From NCBI GenBank assembly GCA_950097015.1, contig CATNEN010000038.1, forward strand, positions 24,180,001 through 24,244,000: DNA of 64,000 bases. The letters run 5' to 3'. Position 1 is the first letter of the stretch. Every line of letters starts with the position of its first letter. A program made the position numbers and the translations under genes. Shown here piece after piece: positions 52,202 to 63,242 of the stretch. The DNA comes from Macrostomum hystrix (lineage: Eukaryota > Animalia > Platyhelminthes). Below the pieces are notes generated by a model, which was not told the origin of the DNA, did not search any database, and worked only from the letters and a program-made list of their open reading frames with translations.

Positions 52202-55200
52202 CTACTTGGCTCGTCGAATTCGAGTAACAAAGACGCCGCCGAGAATGAAATAGGTGGCCGTGATTGAGAACAATATGATGTAGCCCAAACCGGCGTTGCA
52301 GTCGACTCGTTCGAATATATCGAGGATGAAACCGCCAACTGGTACGGCCAGGGCCTGGGGCAGCACCAGAGCCTAATTATTATATATTTTTTGTTCATTT
52401 TAACTGTACTAAGCCTCTTACTGTTGAAGCGAAAACAGTGAAGCGAAAGCAGCTTACCTGCTGCCACACAGCAATATCCCTCGATTTGTCCTTGTCCTCC
52501 GGTAGTACGTCCATTAATAGGGCAAAGTCAACGGCTTGATAGCTGCCAAATGACACGCCGAACACAACTGCAATACCCGTGGCTATGTAGAATGCCATCT
52601 GGCCGCGAATACCGGCTAGTAGGCCGGCGGATATGCCCATCAGGATTGAGGCGGCTATTATTAGCGGCTTTCGACGGCCGATGCGATCAGACAGGACGCC
52701 ACAGCAGACTGACCTGGGAGATGAAGAGGGGTTAGTTCATTTTCAGTTGAAGCTGGGGTTGGTTTTTTTTAGGGTGCTGGGTTTCGTTTAGTTTGCCGGG
52801 GCTGGGTTTGGCGTGTTTGGGGTTGCAGGTTTTGCTGTTATCTGGGGCAGGGGTTGGAGTGGCGTATTTGGGGTGGTGGATTTTGCTGTTGAGTGGGGCA
52901 GGGGTTGGAGTGGTATTTTGGGTGGTGGGTTTTGCCGTTAGCTTGGGCAGGGGTGGGCGTGGCGTATTTGGGGTGTCGGGTTTTGCTGTTTGTTAGGGCA
53001 GGGGTTGGCCTCGCGTATTTGGGGTGGTGGGCTTTGCCGTTATCTGAGGCAGGGGTTGGAGTGGCGTATTTGGGGTGGCGGGTTTTGTTGTTTGCTAGGG
53101 CAGGGGTTGGTGTGTTCGGGTTGGCGGGTTTCACTGATTGCTTGGTAGGGGTTGGCGTGGCGTATTTGCTGAGGTGGGATTTGCTGTTAACTGGGTCAGG
53201 GGTTGGTGTGTTTAGGGTGGCGGGTTTTGCTGTTTGCTGGGGCAGGGGTTGGCGTGTTTGGGGTGGCGGGTTTTGTTGTTTGCTAGGGCAGGGGTTGGAG
53301 TGGCGTATTTGGGGTGATGGGTTTTGCAGTTATCTGGGTCAGGGGTTGGTGTGTTTAGGGTGGCGGGTTTTGCTGTTTGCTAGGGCAGGGGTTGGTGTGT
53401 TTAGGGTGGCGGGTTTTGCTGTTTGCTAGGGCAGGGGTTGGCGTGTTTGGGGTGGCGGGTTTTGCTGTTTGCTAGGGCAGGGGTTGGCGTGTTTGGGGTG
53501 GCGGGTTTTGCTGTTTGCTAGGGCAGGGGTTGGCGTGTTTGGGGTGGCGGGTTTTGTTGTTTGCTAGGGCAGGGGTTGGAGTGGCGTATTTGGGGTGATG
53601 GGTTTTGCAGTTATCTGGGCCAGGGGTGGGCGTGTGTAGGGTAGCTTGTTTCACACTCACGATAGCGCCGCGGTGCAGAGGAGCGGAATTAGCAGCATCG
53701 ATACTCCTTTAGCCGCATTCCAGCACTGGGGCAGGTTGACCATGTCATTCAGCCAATACTCCAGGAATCTATAAGCGAAGAAAAAGTTGCAGGTTTTACT
53801 TTTGATCTACCAAATTAGAAGCACAATTCGAGCATTTTTTATCCTACCCAACAGTGGTTGATAGACCCTGTTGCATCAGAAAACGTGTCACAAATACCCA
53901 ACGAAAGTCGTGTTCTAAAACATGAAAACAGGAGTTAAGAAGTGCAGTTACACTAGTTGATAATTTTTCGAATCAGTTAGATTACGAAACAATTAGTTTA
54001 CTAACCCAACAGTGGCAGCCAAAATCCAACAACAACATCCTTGAAATCTGGAAGCGAAAAATAACCAACTTTAATTGATGCTAAAATCTACCTACTGGTA
54101 ATTAAGTAGCATAAAATTATTAGTTAAAACTTTGACAAAAAGCGGAAACTGGAGTTGCTCACGTATCGGCTCGTGAACATCCTTCGACGGCGGCTCGTCA
54201 ATTGATAGAACCGTGACAGTGATGCACAAACACATGATGCAGATCACCATGATATAGATGCCTAGCACGCCAAGTGACTGGGATAAATAGAAAAAAGTGC
54301 TAGTTAAAAAATTCAACTTAAGTAGCTAAAGTGTTCGAAAAACTGGCTTGCCTAAAAAGGACAATCCTGTTAGACACACCGTTAAAACTGTTAGACCAGT
54401 GTTTAACAGACACACTGTTTAACCTGTTGTACATGGTGTGTTACCTGTTAGACATATAGTTTAACCTGTTAGACACATAGTTTAACCTGTTAGACAGATT
54501 ATTTAACCTGTTAGACACATTATTTAACCTGTTAGACACATGGTTTAACATGTTAGACACATGATTTAACTTGTTAGACACATGGTTTAACCTGTTAGAC
54601 ATACGTTTAACCTTTTAGACACATGGTTTAACATGTTAGAAACATGGTTTAACCTTTTAGACACATGGTTTAACATGTTAGAAACATGGTTTAACCTGTT
54701 AGACACATGGTTTAACCTGTTAGACACACTGTTTAAGCTGTTGTACATGGTGTGTTACCTGTTAGAAACATTGGTTTACTCACATTTAAAAATATGCCCA
54801 CAGCAGCTCCAGATATATTGCCGAGAAGAATCATGCCGCCCATCACACCGGAGCTTAAGCCTGCGAAAACATTGTTTTTCAAATCAAAGCTGAACTCGGT
54901 GTAAGTATTAAACTGTCTCGATGGGATCTCAACGTGTCTCGATGGGATCTCAACGTGTCTCGATGGGATCTCAACGTGTCTCGATGGGATCTCAACGTGT
55001 CTCGATGGAATCTCAAGGTTTCTTGCTGAAGGAATGGTTTTCGATGATTTCTGAGTTAGCTAGAAAGAAACTAATGAGTATAGAATTACTTGCCTCGCTG
55101 AGTAGGATGCGCCTTGTCAGCTATCAGGGCATTGTACGGTGTTGTTGTGCAGACATAGGAAACGGTCACGACAAAGTAGAACACTATGAAGAGGCCTTTT

Positions 55201-57502
55201 TGCCAAATAAAATGTGGAAATATTGAGTATTTATGTTACTGCTGAGTTACTTATATTGGATGATAACGCTTTGAAGCTTGATTAAAACAAAAGAACAAAT
55301 CTAGTCGACCAAACTCACCGAGATTGCCGCTCAGGATGTCTTCGTCGACAGCGAAATGCGGATCTTTAGCGTCAAACGCCAACTTCCTGGCGTGAAAATC
55401 TTTCAGGTAGGGATTATTGTAGGTGCCATTCAGTCCTTTGTAGTACGGCTTGCATCTGATTTCAACTAAGTCGATGTTGCACTGAAGAATAAAAAGTAGA
55501 TATTTTTGCTATCAAATGAGAGTGTTGATTTAATTTCAATACATTGAAAAAAAATTCAACGACCCACCATTCCATACTCATCCAGACTTGAACTGCCATT
55601 GTGGCTTGGTTGAATTCTTTTGCTGCAAACGAAAATCAGCCCCTCTTTGTAACAATTAATTTAGTGTTTTAATAAGATCAGGAGTACAATCGAATTTACT
55701 CACAAGTGCACTTGAGGTGCGCTAAATCCCATTCCTAATAGTCCAAGACTGGAAATCGAAAGTTGGATTTTTGTTAGAATTTTAGCGCGTTGGAGCTAAA
55801 CGCGAAGGTTATTTGTTGTTCAATGTACCTTTTTTGTGCCATTTGTTTTTTTGACAAATTTATTTATCTGACGTTATTACCATCTATTAATATATAATGA
55901 CATATGTTTATATTTTTAGAGAAATTTATGGGTGTGACGCCATTGACTTCTATTAATAGACTACTATTAGTGGATAGACTAACAGTTATCTGTTTCTATT
56001 TTTAGACACACTTTACAGTCTGACGTCATAAGCTTCTAAAAATAGAATTTTATCGCCGATTACTGACGTCACCAGTTTCTATTTTTAGACAAAGTCATTA
56101 CGAGCTAATGGTCTGACATCATAAATGAACGTCTAAAAATAGAATTTTTATGACTCACATCTGACGTCACTCGTTTCTACTTTTGTTCGTTTTTTCTTCT
56201 ATAAGCGTGGTGTTGCCTGATAATTAGATATTATATGTAAACCAACAATCATAACCAACAAGCACAAAAATACAACCAAGACCTACCACAGGCAGAGAGT
56301 GGCTATCACCATTACGGGCCGACGCTTTCCGAATCGAGAAGTTAAACGATCGCTAGCCATGCCGATCATTGGACCTGACAACAGGGTCAGAATGGCGCCT
56401 CCACCGACCATGGCGCCGAGAATGCGACCTTTATTAGCCGAACCAACCATTGTCTGCACCTGGGCTGGCACCACTGTGTTAATTTTATAGTGAAATCAAT
56501 TAGATTTTTGTATTAACAGCACAAATATCATGCTATTTTTCCTCCTGGGGAAAGAATATTTTACTGGATTTTCATGGCGATTGGTTGAATAATTTTAATA
56601 GATACAGAAAAAAGAAAAATGGGAGTATTTAGAATGCCCCGTAGTCTTTGTACTGTTAACAGATTGCTAAATATCTAAATCAAATTCGTATTCTCACCGA
56701 CAACTGATAACACCAGGAACATAAGATTTAGTCCAAGGAATGAGATGTTCAGCAGTACAATCATGTGCTTCGGCAGCGGCTTGCTCGGCTCGGTGGCCGA
56801 GTCAGCAAACGGTTGACGGTCGTCGGCTAGCTCGCCGGCTGCTGACTGCCTGGATAAGTTGATGGCCATGATATCTTTAACCTGTCTTGTCCTGTGCTAA
56901 CCTTCTCTATCGTAGTAATCGTGTTTTATCCATGTCCTATATCCAGTCCTATCCAGTTCTATCAAGTCCTATCCAGTTCTGTATCCAGTCCTTTATCCAG
57001 CTCAATCCAGTTCTATATCCAGTCCAATCCAGTGCTATATCCTGTTCTATCCAGTTCTATCCAGTCCTATCCAGTTCTATCCAGTCCTATCCAGTTCTGT
57101 ATCGAGTCCTATCCAGTTCTGTATCCAGTCCTTTATCCAGTTCTATCCAGTTCTATATCCAGTTCTATCCAGTTCTATATCCTGTACTATCCAGTTCTAT
57201 CCCGTCCTGCCCAGTCATATCTAGTCTTATCAAGTCCTTTATCCAACCCTATCCAGTTCTATCCAGTCCTATCCAGTCCATCATCCAGTCCCATCCAGTC
57301 CCATCAATATGAATGATATTCCTCTGCCATCCAAGCAGTCGCAATGGCTGCTGAAGCAACTCAGAGGCACGCAGGTAAAGCTCGGAACTCACTTCCTATC
57401 ATCGGTGTACTTGTCTGGCTGCGGCGCACTCTTGTCCTGCAGCTGGTGCCGCTCAGCCTGATTGTCTTCGGCGTCTTCGACGCCAGATTTCGATTGAAAC
57501 AT
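52202..57502 (-). CDS. Major facilitator superfamily transporter, ~563 aa, 14 coding exons
   Basis: Exons 57502-57393, 56891-56698, 56473-56287, 55748-55704, 55622-55568, 55481-55319, 55195-55094, 54860-54784, 54277-54163, 54047-54006, 53914-53848, 53768-53661, 52713-52458 and 52372-52202 keep frame throughout. MFS motif A occurs twice (GMASDRLTSRFGKRRP; GVLSDRIGRRKP). Also PYNALIAD..QRG and DFALLMDVLP motifs and about 12 hydrophobic helices. The first exon is less certain. Confidence 0.9.
52752..53640. repeat. G/T-rich degenerate ~40-46-bp array filling MFS intron 12
   Basis: GGGCAGGGGTTGGCGTGTTTGGGGTGGCGGGTTTTGCTGTTTGCTA-like units; loosely complementary to the ACACCC family. Confidence 0.9.
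54366..54770. repeat. 21-bp array in MFS intron 8
   Basis: TTAACCTGTTAGACACATGGT. Confidence 0.9.
54914..55015. repeat. 21-bp array (~5 copies) in the GC-AG intron
   Basis: TGTCTCGATGGGATCTCAACG. Confidence 0.92.
56930..57305. repeat. 10-bp array (ATCCAGT(T/C)CT) in MFS intron 1
   Basis: Degenerate decamer repeat. Confidence 0.9.
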
Positions 57503-58194
57503 GACGGACGTTTGTTGAAATCTGCACCCTTACTGGGAGCACAGACTTGCACTAAATAAATACAGTCCTTATCTCCAGTCTCCCATTCTCTTCTCTTCGT
57601 CCTAATAATTCCTATCCTTGCGCGTTCTTCTCCTCAAAGCACATTGCACCAGGATGAGGCCCTTCTCCAGACCAGAATCCTCCAATTTCTCTCTTCCCAT
57701 TCCCCGTCGACCGCTGCACCCGCTATACGCCCTAAAGAAGGGTACATAGTCCAATAGACAGAGGCATGGAAGGGTACGTACGAGGTGAGGTGAGAGGCTG
57801 GGCTTATTCAGCGAATGTCGCCTTGTGTTTCTCCCCCCATCTCTCTCTTCTCCTCTCCCTCTTCCTCAGTCTCTCTCTCTGTCTACATTTTCCTACCCTA
57901 CTCTTAGGGTAGGAGCTCAGAATTCTTACATATCGGGACCACCGCTGTACTCAAAATGGATAGCTGTACAGTTATTTTTTTCAATTCCAGACTGCAAGTA
58001 TTCCATTTTCTTGGTAAATCATCTTCGTGTTAATTTATTTCAGAGAATTTATCTGACATGTAGACTCATGGATTAAAATTATTTCTTTAAATTAAAAATA
58101 ATACCATTTGCATACCATGTACTTTAAACTACTTGAAGTAGTAGTCAAATAGTAGTATAAGTTGGAATATTGAGTGGTTTAGGAAGGGAATATA

Positions 58195-58471
58195 AAATGA
58201 AGTTTCGGTTTAAAGGAGAAAATGAAGTTTCTTTGGGGGGGGGAGAAAATGAAGTTTCTTTGGGGGGGGAGAAAATGAAGTTTCTTTGGGGGGGGAGAAA
58301 ATGAAGTTTCTTTGGGGGGGGGAGAAAATGAAGTTTCTTTGGGGGGGGGAGAAAATGAAGTTTCTTTGGGGGGGGGGGGAGAAAATGAAGTTTCTTTGGG
58401 GGGAGAGAAAATGAAGTTTCTTTGGGGGGGAGAAAATGAAGTTTCTTTGGGGGGGGGAGAAAATGAAGTTT
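58195..58471. repeat. ~26-30-bp array with variable-length G runs
   Basis: AGAAAATGAAGTTTCTTT-(G)n units. Confidence 0.92.
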
Positions 58472-58787
58472 CAGGAGAGGATAGAAAATTATTTTCTCGG
58501 GGATAAGTGAACATTTTTAGTGCAATGGATATGGCTACAATAAAATTTAATGGTAATTTTTAAGACAAATAAAGAATTTTTTAGTAAGTTTGTGTATGCA
58601 TTATATGCACTGCATCAAATGTATTTAAATAATATATTAATATTTAGTATCTTAAAATCAATCGTGTTTCTCGTTCTAAACTGCTTCCGAAAGTATGGAA
58701 TGATTTCGATTCTGTTAGCGGAATTCAACTCAAGAATTGCTGCATATGCTTCGGAAAAGCATAACTGGATAAGAAAATTAGTTTACA

Positions 58788-59050
58788 ATGGAACGGGAGA
58801 AAACGGGAGATGATGGGAAAAGGTAAATGGGAAATGGGCAACGGGGAATAGGGAGATAAGGAATGGGAAATGGGAAACTGGGAAGGGGGAATTGGAAGAT
58901 AAGGAATGGGAAATGAGAAAGGGGAATGAGGAGATAAGGAAGGGGAAATGGGAAATGGGAAACGGGGAAGGAGAATCTGGAGATAAAGAAGGGGAATCGG
59001 AAGATAGGAAGGAGAAATATGATATGGGGAAACGAAACCTAATTGGGAAA
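58788..59050. repeat. Degenerate GGGAAAT-rich purine tract
   Basis: Resembles the GGGAAATGGG core of the 61015-61576 array. Confidence 0.7.
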
Positions 59051-59319
59051 TAAAAACGTAACTGAGATTACGGCACTGCATAAATAGCAAATTATTGATA
59101 GTTGAATTATTAAAGAGTAAAGGCAGGCTTATATGGTGTGAAAGTCAAAAGTAGTGGCACATTGATAGATTGATTAAGTACAGGAAGCGAGAAAAAATGC
59201 TTTAGAAGGGAAACGCACACCGAAAATCTTTACCTATTAAACAAAATAGACTCATACAACTATTCACCAAGTAGTTTATGGGTTAAATTTCACATGTAAA
59301 TCGACTTGCCATTAGGTTG

Positions 59320-60451
59320 AGTGAGAACTAGAGCGAAAAGTAGAGTGAGAAGTAGAGAAAGAATTAGAGCGAGAAGTAGAGGGAGAAGTATTGTGAGAAG
59401 TAAAGCTAGAAAAATAGAGCGAGAAGAAGAGCGAGAATCAGAGTGAGAAGTAAAGTTAGAAGTATAGTGATAAGAAGAGTCAGAAGTAGAGCAAAAAGTA
59501 GAATGAGAAGTAGAGTAAGAAATAGAGCGAGAAGTAGAACGAGAAGTAGAGTAAGAAATAGAGCGAGAAGTAGAATGAGAAGTAGAGTAAGAAATAGAGC
59601 GAGAAGTAGAACGAGAAGTTGAGCGAGAAGTTAAGTGAGAAGTAGAGTAAAAAGTAGAGTGAGTAGTAGAGCGAGAAGTAGAGCGAGAAGTAGAGTGAGA
59701 TGTGGAGTGAGATGTGGAGTGAGATGTGGAGTGAGATGTGGAGTGAGAAGAAGAGTGAGTAGTATAGTGAGAAGTAGAGTGAGAAGTGGAGTGAGAAGTG
59801 GAGTGAGAAGTGGAGTGAGAAGTGGAGTGAGAAGTGGAGTGAGAAGTGGAGTGAGAAGTGGAGTGAGAAGTGGAGTGAGAAGTGGAGTGAGAAGTGGAGT
59901 GAGAAGTAGAGCGAGTAGTAGAGTGAGAAGTAGAGAGAGAAGTAGAATGAGAAATAGAGCGAGAAGTTAAGTGAGAAGTATAGTGAAAAGTGGAGTGAGA
60001 AGTATAGTGAGAAGTATAGTGAGAAGTGGAGTGTGAAGTAGAGTGAGAAGTGGAGTTAGAAGTATAGTGATAAGTATAGTGAGAAGTAGAGTGTGAAGTA
60101 GAGTGAGAAGTGGAGTGAGAAGTGGAGTGAGAAGTATAGTGATAAGTATAGTGAGAAGTAGAGTGAGAAGTAGAGTGAGAAGTATAGTGAGAAGTATAGT
60201 GAGAATTAGAGTGAGAAGTATAGTGAGAAGTATAGTGAGAAGTATAGTGATAAGTATAGTGAGAAGTAGAGTGAGAAGTATAGTGAGAAGTATAGTGAGA
60301 AGTAGAGTGAGAAGTATAGTGAGAAGTATAGTGAGAATTAGAGTGAGAAGTATAGTGAGAAGTATAGTGAGAATTAGAGTGAGAAGTGGAGTGATAAGTA
60401 TAGTGAGAAGTAGAGTGAGAAGTATAGTGAGAAGTGGAGTGAGAAGTAGAG
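59320..60451. repeat. 12-bp array (GTGAGAAGT(A/G)(G/T)A) ending ~9 bp from the Kelch-gene stop codon
   Basis: Produces the spurious SR-rich and poly-Leu/Thr ORFs in the track. Confidence 0.95.
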
Positions 60452-60459
60452 GACAGGCC

Positions 60460-62494
60460 TCACACATAGGGCACAGCCAGCAGGCAAGCGTCAGTGCGAG
60501 GCAGCGGCTGAGATTGCAGATCCGGCCCGACCTGTCGCCAGCAGTTGGCTCGCAAGTCGAAGACATCGACTCCGCTAGCCAGCAGGGCCGGCTCAACGGA
60601 GTGTCCCAGATCCATAAACGGTCGCGATTCGCCACCGACAACGAAAATCTCCAAACCGATTAGGGCGGCACAGAAGCGTTGCCTAGGCGACGGCATCGGC
60701 GGCAACGGCTCCCAACGGTTGCCGCCGTTGAAGCGCCAGCAGGAGGCTGTGGGACCACCGCTGCCGCCGAGACAGCCACCGAGACAATAGAGCGCCTTAT
60801 CAGCTGGCGAGGACACTAAGCCGAAGTGGGCCAGCGGAGTGGGCAGGTCCGGCATCCTCATCCAATAGTCGCTAGCCAGGTCGTATCTGTGCCAGCTGCG
60901 GCAGGGCTGATCGAATGCGTCCAGACCGCCTAGGAAGTCGACGAAGCCGCCGTCTTCAAGAGGCGAGGCGACTGCGGATGCGCCGCGGCGACAGGCGGGA
61001 AGCGAACTGATCTGGATAAGGGAAATAGGGGAAATTATAGAAATAGGGGATATTCGATAAGGGAAATGGGACATTCGATAGGGGAAATGGGATATTAAAT
61101 AATGGAAATGGGACATTCGATAGGGGAAATGGGATATTAAATAGGGGAAATGGGACATTCGATAGGGGACATGGGACATTCGATAAGGGAAATGGGACAT
61201 TCGATAAGGGAAATGGGACATTCGATAGGGGAAATGGGACATTCGATAGGGGAAATGGGACATTCGATAGGGGAAATGGGACATTCGATAAGGGAAATGG
61301 GACATTCGATAGGGGAAGTGGGATATTAAATAGGGGAAATGGGATATTAAATAGGGGAAATGGGATATTAAATAGGGGAAATGGGATATTAAATAGGGGA
61401 AATGGGATATTAAATAGGGGAAATGGGACATTCGACAAGGGAAATGGGACATTCGACAAGGGAAATGGGACATTCGACAAGGGAAATGGGACATTCGATA
61501 GGGGGAATGGGACATTCGATAAAGGAAATGGGACATTCGATACGGGAAATGGGACATTCGATAGGGGAAATGGGACGTGAAGCAAAAGGAAATTCGTAAG
61601 TTAGAAGTGGGACGTGATATATGGGTTAGAGGATATTGTAAGATGAATGTGATTTTGCAATGTAATAATGGGATATTAAAAGGTGAAGTGGGATATCTGA
61701 TGGAAAGCGGATATTGGATGTGGGAAAAGAGATATCAGAGAATGGGATAATCTTATATAACTGAATTGCACGCAGGAGCAAGCACAGTATCCTGGCTCAC
61801 CTGACGCCACTCGCTAGCCGAATAGTCGGGCCCACTCAAGCACAGCACCGTAGGGTCGTGGGCCTGCCCCAGTCCGCCTAGCAGCAGCAGCAGGTGACGC
61901 AGCCTCACCAGGCAGTGCTCTGCTCGAGGTCCCGGCAGCGACGGTCCTGAGCGCCATCGGCCTCTGTCGCCATCCGCCAGGTTCATCAGCCAGCAGTCGT
62001 CTAGGAGCATTCCATCGGCTTCTCCGCCAGCAATCAGCACAGCCTGTTCGGCCGCTGTTGAATCGGCTGCCAAAGTTGCGGCGAACAGGCAGCGACGCGA
62101 TGGCAGCTGTTCCATCGGCTGCCAGCTGCCAGTCCAGGCGTCCAAGGAGTCCGCCGAAGTCAGATCGGCGTCGTCGCGCCAGCTCCGACCGCCGCCGCGG
62201 CCGCCCAGATACAGGAGCCGGCTGCGGTTGCCAAGGCGAGGCGTCGTCAGCAGGGTCGACATCGAAGTCTGCGTCGTTGGAGGAGGAGGCTGCAACAGGC
62301 AGCTCAGCGATGGTTCGACTTCAACGCAGCCAAGGCAGGCCAGCATTGAAGCGGACGCCGGCGTTGTCGAAGTCCTAATGGCGTCGGAGGAAACTGCGGC
62401 CACCAGATTGTAGCGAATGTGACACCGAAGATTGTCGCGAGCAGCAGCTAGGCGGCTGTGCGGACTGGCGGCTGTCCATCGAATCAGGGTGTAC
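60460..62494 (-). CDS. Kelch-repeat protein, probably BTB-BACK-Kelch (KLHL-like), 5' part unresolved
   Basis: Exons 62494-61801 and 61011-60460 join in phase 0. Kelch motifs LLYLGG..W, VLIAGG..W, LLLLGG, LYCLGG..WEPLPPMPSPR and IFVVGG..VDVFD..W. A BACK-like segment YTLIRWTAASPHSR..LRCHIRY precedes them. Upstream exons could not be assigned. Confidence 0.85.
61015..61576. repeat. 21-bp array abutting the Kelch-gene acceptor
   Basis: GGGAAATGGGACATTCGATAG and GGGAAATGGGATATTAAATAG blocks. Confidence 0.95.
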
Positions 62495-62814
62495 CTGCAG
62501 TTTCATTGGTGAGTGGCAGAGCGGTCTAACGAGCTCGATTCCGCGGCGAGGCCACATTCATTTGAGACGTAGCCGCGGAGAGAAGGCTTTGAGGGCTTGT
62601 CGTACAATTTACGGCCTTGAGGGCCAGCCTCCAAGGAGATTGTACACAGCGTGACAATCAGAAAGGCAGGGCAGAGTTCCACACCTGTGTGAATTCGTGC
62701 TCAGGAGTCAGCGGAATAGGCAGAATTGCCTCCTCGCTGGCTGCGGGTCTAGTGTCACCAAATGATGTACTGCCTACATGTTTACTAAGTAATTTACAAC
62801 TTTAAATTGCCATA

Positions 62815-63190
62815 ACTAACGGAATCGCTTATCTTAACTATATTAACTAAATCTTAACTAGCGATAGTTGATATTATCAAAACTAACGAAAGTGATGATT
62901 ATCGTTACTAAAGAGAGAGTGTTCATAATAATAACAATTAACGAAATGTAAAAAGTTTTAATTAACGCAACTGTCAATAACAATATTTAATGGAAGTGTA
63001 GATAAAAAACTAACGGAACTGCTGATTATTACAATTAACGGAAGTGTTTATCATTATTAACGGAAGAGTAGAAAACAATAATTAACGGAAGAATAGATAA
63101 TTGTAATCAACGGAAATGAAGATAGCAATAATTAACGGAATTGTAGGCAATAATAACTAACGGAAATATGAAAAAAAAAATTAACGAAAA
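62815..63190. repeat. Highly degenerate AAT(T/A)AACGGAA-spaced repeat
   Basis: TAACGGAA/TAACGAAA recurs at roughly 25-30-bp spacing. Confidence 0.65.
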
Positions 63191-63242
63191 ATGTTTTTAA
63201 TTAATTTTATTATTAATATTATTTTTATTTGTATTTTTACTG

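Noticed and set aside
11050-57560. Spliced-leader trans-splicing or an operon, suggested by acceptors just upstream of many ATGs and mostly minus-strand genes
   Set aside because: At least two genes (4-repeat and NPF) have plausible cis donors and TATA boxes upstream. Trans-splicing cannot be shown without 5' transcript data.
59635-60663. SR-rich or poly-Leu/Thr proteins
   Set aside because: These are read-throughs of the 12-bp array and overlap the real Kelch exon in other frames or on the other strand.
6425-61576. A rule that intronic arrays are pyrimidine-rich on the sense strand
   Set aside because: Counter-examples at 6425-6986, 14790-15050, 36375-37680 and 56930-57305 are G- or purine-rich on the sense strand.
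60956-61585. N-terminal (MSHFPYR)n extension of the Kelch ORF
   Set aside because: This is an intronic 21-bp array. The acceptor at 61011 joins the upstream exon in frame.
62500-62780. Upstream exon(s) of the Kelch gene
   Set aside because: The region is GC-richer and exon-like, but every frame I tried hit a stop and no consistent splice model emerged, so it is left unannotated.
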